Origin: Octopus sinensis
Lineage: Eukaryota
Direction of reading: 5' to 3'
Assembly (NCBI RefSeq): GCF_006345805.1
Contig: NC_043012.1
Location: 16,554,001-16,618,000, forward strand
DNA: 64,000 nt
Within the stretch, counting starts at the first letter, position 1. The number at the start of each line of letters is the position of its first letter. Under the pieces are notes generated by a model, which searched no databases, was not told where the DNA came from, and saw only the letters and a program-made list of their open reading frames with translations. Of this stretch, positions 1 to 10,043 are shown piece after piece. Made by a program: the position numbers and the translations under genes.

Positions 1-2708
1 TACATGCATACATACATTCAAGCGTATGTACATACGTGCATGCATATGTACATGCATACATTCATTCATACATGCATACATATACGTGCACTCATGCATG
101 TATACGTACACGCATACATGCATACATACATATGCATACATATATATATATATATATATATAATGGGCTTCCAGACAGTTTCCATCAACTATATTAATGC
201 ATAAGGCATAGGCTTGCCTGAGACCCTAGTAGCGGACACTTGCAGAAGGGGCCACACAGTGGGACTGAACCCCAAACCATGTGGTTGTAAAGCAAGCTTC
301 TTAACCACACAGCCATCTCAGCATCTGGTCTCAACTGAAATGCTCTTGATCATAGATCTACTTAGACAGGACTGACCTAGGGTTAAACAAAAACAATAAT
401 AATAACAACCCTCTGATGACTGTGACCTGGAATTTTGTGCTTAGGGACAGGATTATTTTTAGGAACACAGTGTCAAGGCCCCACCCTAACCTCTTTACTG
501 ACACATACCTCCTGTTCACATTGTTTTTCTTTCTCCGAGGTGGCCTTGTGTCATCTCTAATTCAGGCAGTAACATCTATTTACTTCCTGAAAATATGAGC
601 TTGTTTAGATGTTTCCTCATACAGCAGGACTACTGCTACTACCACTACTGCCACAAGTACTACCACCGCTACCCTCACCATAACTACTACCACCACCACC
701 ACCACTGCTATCACTAATACTGTTATCACCACTAATGCCTTTGCTGCTGCTACTACTACTATTACTACTAACAATACCACTACAAATGTGTTGTGAATGA
801 AAATTTCACATATAGGCAAAGGCTTGACTGTGGTTTTGGTTTCAAGTCCCACTGCATGGCACCTTGGGCAAGGGTCTTCTATTGGCCCAGACCAAGCAAT
901 ACATTGTGAGTGAATTTGGTAGGTGGAAACTGTGTGGAAGCCCCCTTTGTGTTTATATATTTGTGTGTGTGTGTATACACATACATACATATATATCTCA
1001 TTATTGTCATTTAACATCATCTTTCCATGCTGGCATGAGTTGGACGGTTTGACTGGGGACTGGCAAGCCTGGAGGCCGCAACCAGGTCCCAGTCTGATTT
1101 GGTAAGGTTTCTACAGCTGGATGCCCTTCCTAATGCCAACCACTCCGACAGTGTAGTGGGTGCTTTTTATGTGCCACTGGCACAGGAACCAGTCAGGTGG
1201 CAATGGCATTGGTCATGCTTGAATGGTACCTTTTACGTGCCAGTCTGGTGGCACTGGCATCGGCCATACTTATATATATATATATATATATATATTGTGT
1301 GTATATCTTAGTCTCTTCTACTACCATTACTTGATAGCCAATGTTGGTTTGTTAACATTCCTGTAACTTAGCAGCTCAACAAAAGAGACCAATAGAATTA
1401 GTACCAGGCTTGTAAGATAAGTCCTAGGGTCAATTTCTTTGATTAAAATCCTTGAAAATAGCACCCCAGCATGGCCACAGTCCCATAACTGAAATACATA
1501 AAAAATAGCTCCATCCCATTCCAGTCAACTCTAAGTAAATTTATGACCAAAGGCATTCCAGCCATGACCATCTTGTCTTTTTCAAACATTGTATACCTTG
1601 GATTATATTATCTGATGTATCCCTTTTAAAAACAGTAATGTGTGATTTGCAGGTGTTTGGCTGTTATTTCTAGCAGGCTGAATGACCCTGTACAAAATTC
1701 CACATTGGTTAATCAAGTTGTTGCTGTTGTTGTTGTCGTTTAGCTCCAAGTTTGCTTTCATCAAGTTGCAAACCTGTGTTCAAAGGCATTCCATTCATGA
1801 CCATTCCATCTTTTTCTTACGTTGAGGGACCTTGGGAGCACATTCTTCTTGTCTTTTTCTGAGATTTTGGGATGTGAATTGAGGGTACTTTTAACTGCTA
1901 TTTCTAACAGCACCTGCTACTATGTAGGGACTTCCTTTCTTGACACATTAAATTGTTCTATGTCGGTGATGGTGGTCGAAGGTAGTAACAATATCTTCTC
2001 GTTGATAATCCTATTTAAACAAATACACATAGATTATCTCTCTCCTTCCTCTCCTCTTTCTATCTCTCTCTCTCTCCTCCTCTCTTCTCTCTCTCTCTCT
2101 CTCAGTACGTAGCCTAGCCTCGGGAGGTACACATGAGTGTAGCAAATTAATTAAGAGTGTGCATTGTAAGTGGGTTAGCACATTAAAAAAAAAAAAAAGT
2201 TGTAAAAAGAAATAAAAATCCTCCCGGCAGCTGGGTCGTTTTTTTCGTTGTAAACAACCTGTCGTTTTTCAGACAGTGGCAGGATGGAATCTGAAAGATT
2301 TAGCTGCTATTTCTAAACAGGTGACCACATGGATACTCTTTTTATTATGTCGTTACCGACCTGTTTGTTATCTGTCAAGATGACAAAATGGACACGTTGA
2401 TAGCGAAACAGCCAACCAGGGACATCTCTGATTTTCAGCCTCTTTTATGAAACAGACCTCCCTAAATAAGATGCTAAACATCTTATAAAGAAATTTATAT
2501 ATCACTCTTTTACTCTTTTACTTGTTTCAGTCATTTGACAGCGGCCATGCTGGAGCACTGCCTTTAGTGGAACAAATCGGCCCCAGGACTTATTCTTTGT
2601 AAGCCTAGTACTTATTCTATCGGTCTCTTTTGCCAAATCGCTAAGTTACTGGGATATAAACACACTGGTTCTCATGTGGTGGCAGGGGGAAAGGGGGAAC
2701 AGAAACGT

Positions 2709-2745
<37 letters not shown>

Positions 2746-2748
<3 letters not shown>

Positions 2749-2898
2749 GGAAAGTTTACGAAAATAAACAAAAGACGAAGGCAGGTGGAGTACAAACAAA
2801 CAAATGTATTAGTATAGCGCTCAGAAATAGAAAAAGTCTTTTACGTTTCGAGCCTTCGCTCTTCGACAGAAAGATACACAGAAAAAAACAAGGAGAGA

Positions 2899-2902
<4 letters not shown>
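2746..2902 (-). mobile_element. Short Penelope-like terminal fragment with hammerhead-like motif, flanked by (TA)n
   Basis: Its reverse complement aligns by eye with 45590-45768, the 3' end of the PLE-derived element; (TA)n on both sides. Confidence 0.65.
2837..2874 (-). ncRNA. Minimal hammerhead-like ribozyme motif with variant core
   Basis: Minus strand reads TCTTT CTGTCGA A GAGC-GAAG-GCTC GAAA CGT A AAAGA: 5-bp stem I, 4-bp stem II, palindromic ACGT stem III, GUA triplet. The core differs from CUGANGA at position 6. Confidence 0.55.
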
Positions 2903-2939
<37 letters not shown>

Positions 2940-3233
2940 GTGAAGGAAAGAAATGGAGCTGAACGAAGATTCTACAGAATTCCTTTTATTATTTTCTACA
3001 CATGTTTCAAAGGCCGCAAATTTCCAAATTTCTTTCCTTCACTAAATATATTAAACTTCAATTATCTGCACTAAGGCACGGTTGCGACACCCCAAGGTCG
3101 TAACTTCAACCGTGTTTTTTCTGTTGTGATTTTTGCTACCCAGGTATCGGTTAAATTTTGAATAATCCTTAACAAGATAATTCATTTATCCATTTCAATA
3201 AATATATATATATATATATATACAGTATATATA

Positions 3234-3706
3234 TAGTGGCCCAAAAGTAGGTTTACAGTTATCTCGTAGGCACTTTAAATTTCTTTTAAAATATTTTATT
3301 ATATTTAAATTTCTACCTTACAATTGTATTGTTTATCCACGTCTTAAACAGACAATGTTTAATCTCTCAGATGCTCAAAATGTCCTCCTTCAACATTGCA
3401 ACCTTCTTCGAACCTCTTCAGAACACTCTGACACACAGTCCGACACAAATTCCGATCTCCATCAATTTCAGTGAATGCGTCAGAAATGTAATCTTTTAAT
3501 TCATTTACTGTTTTGGGATTATTCTCATAAACCTTGTTCTTTACAAACACCCCAAAAAGAGAAGTCCATTGGTGTCAGGTCAGGTGAATGTGGTGGCCAT
3601 TCAATGCTGCCCCGTCCTCCAAACCGACGCTGTGAAAAGGATTGATTAAGGTAGTCTCTTACTGTCAATGCATAATGTGGAAATGCTCCATCTTGCTGAA
3701 TAACGA
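3234..3706 (-). mobile_element. Tc1/mariner-superfamily transposase relic (3' part)
   Basis: Frameshifted translation QQDGAFPHYA...GRGSIEWPPHSPDLTPMDFSFWG/FVKNKVYENNPKTVNEL...GGHFEHL; probable terminus tagtggcccaaaagtaggtttacag next to a TA run. Confidence 0.85.
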
Positions 3707-4216
3707 TGTGTGTCTTCTAGGATCTCGGGCATCCTCCATCCGATTGCGCTCAAATTTGATGTGTAGATACCAACGGTATCAGGGCGTGTATAAGTCTTGA
3801 AAAAATTACAAAAATCGATTCCAGGTGAGAATGCGATCAATAAAACCGTGGGAATGTGCATCTGTATGCACAAGTACATCAGCTGTTGCGATCGATACTA
3901 CACGTATGCGAGAAAAATGCACGTGCAGTTTGCACAAAAAGCTGGCTTGCTTGAAATAATGCCACAAAATGCAGTATATTTAAGAGACCAAAAAAGTAAG
4001 ATGCAAAAGAGATATTTTCTTCAAACTTGGCATGAAGGAAGGAAAGACTTGGTTTCTCAAGAAGTTTTGTTTTTGCCTTAACTTCGTTTAAGAAAATCCA
4101 AAATTTTATTGAAATAAAGGCATGCTTAATTATTTTTTAATGAAAAGAAAACACTGATTGCTTTTTATTCAACAGATATGATTCAGCACTGTCCATTGGA
4201 CGGGGAGCATTTTGCT

Positions 4217-4218
<2 letters not shown>
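3707..4218 (+). mobile_element. Non-autonomous Helitron-like repeat, 5'-clipped; second copy at 42141-42695
   Basis: About 500 bp shared with 42170-42680; subterminal hairpin gtcca-t-tggac followed by CTTG|T, a CTAG-like end. Confidence 0.55.
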
Positions 4219-4251
<33 letters not shown>

Positions 4252-4852
4252 CTGGTTTCTCTCAGCTTCTGACTACCAAATCCACTCACAAAACTATTGT
4301 AGAAGACATTTTCTCAAGGTGCCACACAGTGGAACTGAAACTGGAACTATGTAGTTGGGAAGCAAGCTCTTTACCACACTGCCATGCCTGATATATTTTC
4401 TTTCACTTGTTTCAATCATTAAACTGCGGTCATGCTGGAGCACCAACCACCTCAAAGAATTTTATATCGAATGAATCAACCCTGGTACTTATTCTATCAG
4501 GGTCTTTTGCTGAACCACTAAGTTACAGGGACATAAACAAACCAACACCGGTTGTCAAGTGGTGATAGGAAAGAAAGAGAAAGTGGTTGCAAAGCACACA
4601 GCCACAAGAAATTTGCTTCCCAAGCACATGTGTCAGGGTTCAGTCCCACTGCATGGCACCTTGGGCAAGTGGCTTCTACTATATCGCTGGACCAACCAAA
4701 ACCTTGTGAACAGAAACTGAAAGAAGCCTCTGTGTGTGTGTATGTGTGCTGCTGATGATGATGTTGATGAAAGGCCAGAACAAATGGTAAGATGCTGTGG
4801 GACACATCCAGGTCATGCATGGATAGAGAAAATAAAAATTAGACATAAAATG

Positions 4853-5600
4853 GTGATGATGGTTATGGTGATGGTGGTGGTGGTGGTGATGATGATGGTG
4901 ATGGGAAGATAGTGACAGTGGTGGTAGTAGTGATAGTGATGGTGATGATGATCATGATCATGATAGTAATGGTGATGGTTATGATGATGATGAGGAGGAG
5001 AAACAGGTAGATGATAATGACAGTGATGGTGATTGTGATGATGATGATGATGATGATAGTGGTGGTGATGGTGGTGGCAATGAGGATTATGATGATGGTT
5101 GTGGTGATGATGATGATGATATTTTGTCTTTTGTCTTAAGCAGGTAGTCACACTGCTTAGTTTTCACTTTCAAGGCAGACTGATGGTGGATGAGGGGGGG
5201 GGAGATGGTGGCGATGGTGGTGTTGGTGGTGGTGTAGCTAAGAGAAGACACACAATGAGACCTCCCTCCAGCTGTGGCCTCAACATTGTTCTTTGTTGTT
5301 GATGGCTGCATCAACAGGTTCCTGACTTGTTTAATGTTAATCTCCTCCATGCACTTCGTGGTGGTGGTGGTGGTGGTAGTAGTAGTAGTATTGGTGGTGG
5401 TGGTGGTAGTAGTAGTAGTATTGGTGGTGGTGGTGGTAGTAGTTGTGGTGGTGGTAGTGGTGGTGGTAGTGGTAGTAGTAGTGGTGGTGGTAGTGGTAGT
5501 AGTAGTGGTGGTGGTGGTGGTGGTGGTAGTGGTGGTGGTGGTAGTAGTGGTGGTGGTGGTTGTGGTAGTTGTTGTGATGGTGGTAGTGGTGTTTGCAATA
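4853..5600. repeat. Degenerate (GAT/GGT)n and (GGT/AGT)n microsatellites
   Basis: Trinucleotide runs at about 4853-5118 and 5357-5600; they explain the poly-His, poly-Val and poly-Gly ORFs. Confidence 0.95.
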
Positions 5601-6126
5601 ACTGAGGTTAATTGTGCTTAGGTTGTAGTTCTGGTGTTGGTGTTTTTAGAGTGATGGCAGTAGCATTGGTAATTGTAGCTGAGGTGGTTGTAACTAGCTG
5701 TGGTGGTGGTGGTGGTGGTGGTTGTGGTGGTGGTGGTAGTTGTGATGGTTCTGGTTGTTTCTTTTTTATGGCAGCAGAAATATTGGTAATTGTGGTTGTG
5801 GCGGTAGTAGTTGATGTGGTGATGATTGTAGTTGTGATTGTTGCAGTTGCTGTTGTAGTTGCTGATTGGTTGGTTAAAAACGCAAACAGCCAGGCATATA
5901 CATGTCAGGCATGGCTGGCTGTGTGGTAAGAAGCTTGCTTTCCGATCACATGGTTCCGGGTTCAGTCCCACTGTGTAAGTGGGACCTTGGGTAAATGTCT
6001 TCTGCTTTAGACTTGGGCCGCTCAAAGCCTTGTAAGAGGATTTAGTAAATGGAAACTGAAAGAAGCCAGTCATATATGTATATGTCTACGAGTGTTTATG
6101 TTTGGTCTTCCACCACCACCACTTGG

Positions 6127-6445
6127 CAACTGGTGTTGGTTTGTTTATGTCCTGACAACTGGTGTTGGTTTGTTTATATCCTGACACCTGGTGCTGGATT
6201 GTTTATGTCCCAGCAACTGGCATTGGTTTGTTTACATCCCAATGACTGGTGTTGGTTTGTTTACATCATGACAGCTGATGCTAGTTTGTTTACGTCCCAG
6301 CAACTGGTGTTAGTTTGTTTACATCCCGATGACTTGTGTTGGTTTGTTTATGTCCCAGCAACTGGTGTCGGTTTGTTTACATCTCGATGACTGGTGTAGG
6401 TTCGTTTACACCCCAGCAACTGGTGTTGGCTTGTTTATGTCCCTG
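6127..6445 (+). repeat. 29-bp minisatellite, 11 units, derived from a SINE segment
   Basis: Unit caactggtgttggtttgtttatgtcccag; it runs straight into the usual SINE continuation taacttag...aataagtacc. Confidence 0.93.
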
Positions 6446-6619
6446 TAACTTAGAGGTTTGGCAAAATAGAGACCAATAGAATAAGTACCAGACCTTTAAA
6501 ATAGCAAAAAAGTACTGGGGTCAATTTGTTTGACTAAACCCTTCAGTGCAATGCTCCAGCATGGCCACAGCCTAATGACTAAAACCAGTAAAATATGAAA
6601 GATTAATTAAAATCTCATC

Positions 6620-6658
<39 letters not shown>

Positions 6659-6868
6659 TTTGATATAATCATATCTGTACACAGAGAAACAACTGATATT
6701 TGCATAATTGTGTGTTATGAATGCAGCAATCGCAGAAACGTGGGTGCACACTTGCGCATGTATCTTCATACTTTTATCTCTGAAATGGATACATACTTTT
6801 ACGCATATAAATAAACGGTTTCACACACACACGCACACAAAAACTGTGGAGTATCTTTTCTCTCTTTT

Positions 6869-7268
6869 CTCTTTTACTTGTTTCAGTCATTTGACTGCGG
6901 CTATGCTGGAGCACCGCCTTTAATCGAGCAACTCGACCCCGGGACTTATTCTTTGTAAGCCCAGTACTTATTCTATCGGTCTCTTTTTTGCCGAACCGCT
7001 AAGTGACGGGGATGTAAACACACCAGCATCGGTTGTCAAGCGATGCTAGGGGGACAAACACAGACACACAAACACACACATATATATATATATACATATA
7101 TACGACAGGCTTCTTTCAGTTTCCATCTACCTAATCCACTCACAAGGCATTGGTCGGTCCGGGGCTATAGCAGAAGACACTTGCCCAAGATGCCACGCAG
7201 TGGGACTGAACCCGGAACCATGTGGTTGGTTAGCAAGCTACTTACCACACAGCCACTCCTGCGCCTAT
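6869..7268 (-). mobile_element. tRNA-derived composite SINE, family A (CORE-like CCTTGGGCAAGT region, internal microsatellite)
   Basis: A-box TGGCTGTGTGGT and B-box GGTTCAGTCCC on the minus strand, tail ...gaaacaagtaaaagag. Very similar copies at 8467-8853(-), 19601-20008(-) and 44785-45956(-, interrupted); diverged copies at 16563-16950, 18929-19288, 35505-35870 and many more. Confidence 0.88.
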
Positions 7269-7384
7269 GTATAATGTTTTTTTTTATAAATTACTCTGTA
7301 ATTATAATTCTTACATAAGACAACGATGCATTTCAGAATATGACTAAAAAATTACGTAATTTATTATTATAATTATTATCATTA

Positions 7385-7597
7385 TTAAGAAAGTGTGAGC
7401 TGGCGGAATTGTAAGTATGCCAGCCAAAATGCTGAGCGATATATTTCACCCTTTGCTATGTTCTGAGTTCAAATTCCACCGAGGTCAACTTTGCCTTTCA
7501 TCCTTTCCGGGTCGATAAATTAAGTACCACTGGGGTTGATGTAATCGACTAGTTCCCTCTCCCCAATTTCAGGCCTTGTGCCTATAGTAGAAAGGAT
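7385..7597 (+). mobile_element. tRNA-derived SINE, family B, with (ATT)n tail
   Basis: Head gagctggcagaat..., B-box gagttcaaattcc, central gcctttcatcctttcggggtcgataaattaagtacc (MetaSINE-like from memory, needs a library check). Other copies at about 9090-9298, 21405-21621(-), 21865-22045(-), 22165-22350, 26920-27188(-), 32075-32290. Confidence 0.85.
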
Positions 7598-7613
7598 TAT
7601 TATTATTATTATT

Positions 7614-8340
7614 GTTTTTTTTTTCCTCCTTTCTTCAAATTTTCTTCTGAGTATTTCTCGCCGAGTGTTTTCTGTACACCTAGGGCAGAGAAGCTCATTG
7701 TATGCATTCCCAGATTACACACTCAAATTCACAGGTAAAATATGTATTTAAAAAATTAACAAATAAATAAATTCACGAATGGATGTTGATTTCACACCGA
7801 TAATGCTCTTCTCAGTACATGAGTCGTTCCAGTTAACACAATTTTTTGCACTTCCTGTAGGGATGGTAAGCCTAGTATCATTTCTAAATAGGTTTCAGTA
7901 CCTTTTTTTTATCATTCCTAGAGATCTTACAATCACTGGTACTGTAGTCACTGAGATGCCACATTTTTTTCAATTTTTATTAGCAAGTCTTTATATTTAC
8001 TGATCTTGTCAAATTCTTTCACCGCTATATTGTGATCGCAAGGAATACTCATGTCAATTAACAAACACACCTTTTTTGACTGATCTTTTATAATAATATC
8101 CGGTTTATTAGCTTTTATAGTTTTGTCGGTATGTACGGGGAAGTCCCAGAGAATTAACACATTTTCTCCCTCAGTCACAGCTTCAGGATGGTGTTTATAC
8201 CATTTGTCAGCGGTTCTGATTTTATAATGCCGACACATTGTCCAGTGTAAATACTAGCCGACTCTGTCATGTCTTGCTTTATATTCTGCAGGTGCTAAGA
8301 CTCTACACCCTGAGATTAGGTGGTCTATAGTTTCAATCTC
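7614..8340 (-). mobile_element. 5'-truncated R4/Dong-like non-LTR retrotransposon (restriction-like endonuclease end)
   Basis: ETIDHLISGC (zinc-knuckle remnant), RHDRV, KANKPDIII...IDMSIPCDHN...KYKDL, then after a frameshift EVQKIVLTGTTHVLRRALSV*; (ATT)n on both flanks. Confidence 0.85.
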
Positions 8341-9320
8341 TATTATTATTATTATTATTATTATAATTTTTAAACTGTTTTTTGTTTTGTGTTTTCATTT
8401 CTGTATCTAACATTATATGCAACAAACCACAGACAAGAAACTTTTGAAATCAAACAAATATCTCTCTCTTTTACTCTTTTACTTGTTTCAGTCATTTGAC
8501 TGCGGCCATGCTGGAGCACCGCCTTTAGTCGAGCAACTCAACCCCGGGACTTATTCTTTTTGTAAGCCCAGTACTTATTCTATCGGTCTCTTTTTGCCGA
8601 ACCACTAAGTGACGGGGACGTAAACACACCAGCATCGGTTGTCAAGCAATGCTAGGGGAACAAACACTGACACACAAACACACACACATACATATATATA
8701 CATATATACGACATATATATGTCTACCAAATCCACTCACAAGGCATTGGTCGGTCCGGGGCTATAGCAGAAGACACTTTCCCAAGATGCTACGCAGTGGG
8801 ACTGAACCCGGAACCATGTAAGCTACTTACCACACAGCCACTCCTGCGCCTATACAATATTTTGAGAATTTAATATTTTTATAATTGGGACACCTCTTGT
8901 GCACATTCTTCATTCATGACAAACTTTTCAATGATGGAATATATTTTAAAATGGCTGTAAGGAAATAATCCTTCCAGTCCTTTCTGAAAAGATTGAATAT
9001 AGAAAGCAGAAGCAGACAGTGCCTGTGAGTCTGCTAGGCTGTTTGTATATGTGATGAGAGATGAAGGTAAAACAGTGACAGATAGGAAGGCAGCAAGCTG
9101 GCAGAATTGTTAGCATGCTGGGCAAAATGCTTGGCAGTATTTTGTCTGTCTTTACGTTCTGAGTTCAAATTCCGCCGAAGTCAACTTAGCCTTTCATCCT
9201 GTTGGGGTCGATAAATTAAGTGCTAGTTGCATACTGGGGTTGATTTAATCGACTGGCTCCCTCCCCTAAAATTTTGGGCCTTGTGCCTAGAGTAGAAAAA
9301 AAAATGACAGGTATCCATCC

Positions 9321-9351
<31 letters not shown>

Positions 9352-9851
9352 CAATGATAGATGGATAGATAGATAGATAGATAGATAGGTAGATGGCAGC
9401 CAGTGTTGGTTTATGTCCCCATAACTTAGCTGTTTGGCAAAATAAACTGATAGAATAAATACCAGGTTTAAAAATAATGAGTACTGGAGTGGGGTCAATT
9501 CATTCGACTGTAAAAAATTCAAGGCGATGGATGCCCCAGCATGGCCACAGTCTAATGACTGACACAAATAAAAGATAAAAGATCTGAATGACATAGAAAT
9601 AGTAGAAGAGTGGAAGAAGGGAGTTTTAGTTTTGTAGGGGACCCTTTTTCTATTTGAATATAATTGGGAAAAGTATGTTTGAGTATTTGTGCTTATGAAT
9701 TTGTGTTGCAAAACTCCTGATGTGAAATTGTGTTGAAACAGACATTGTTTCATGGCTTCTTTTTTTTTTTGTTCTTTGCCAAATAAACACGTGTATTATA
9801 TATTCGTTCTTCACTCGTTTATTACTGTTCTTATTCCCACTCATGTCGTTT

Positions 9852-9894
9852 GTCCGGAAATCTTTCGTCACACATCTGTGACCTCTTCAGTGAC
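9852..9894 (-). ncRNA. Hammerhead-like motif, degenerate stem I
   Basis: Minus strand reads CTGAAGA G GTCACA-GATG-TGTGAC GAAA GATTTC: canonical core with a perfect 6-bp stem II; homologous to 61373-61408. Confidence 0.45.
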
Positions 9895-10043
9895 CCTTTT
9901 TTCTTTTCCTGTGTGCTCTAGCTCCACTTACTCCATTTTGCTCTTCTGTTATGTGTATCCTTATGTGCACATGTGTTTGCGTATGTGTGTGTGTGTGTAT
10001 GCTTGTGTGCGTGTGTATGCTTTTGTGTGCGTCATTCTTCATA

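Noticed and set aside
4-204. HT-, CV- and YI-rich ORFs here and at 33818, 52011, 52736, 53591 and similar
   Set aside because: They are translations of (CA)n, (TG)n and (TA)n microsatellites.
509-586. Minus-strand exon-like segment (ttttcag| ... GAG|gtatgt)
   Set aside because: It has stops in all three frames and no linked exons; it cannot be supported without transcripts.
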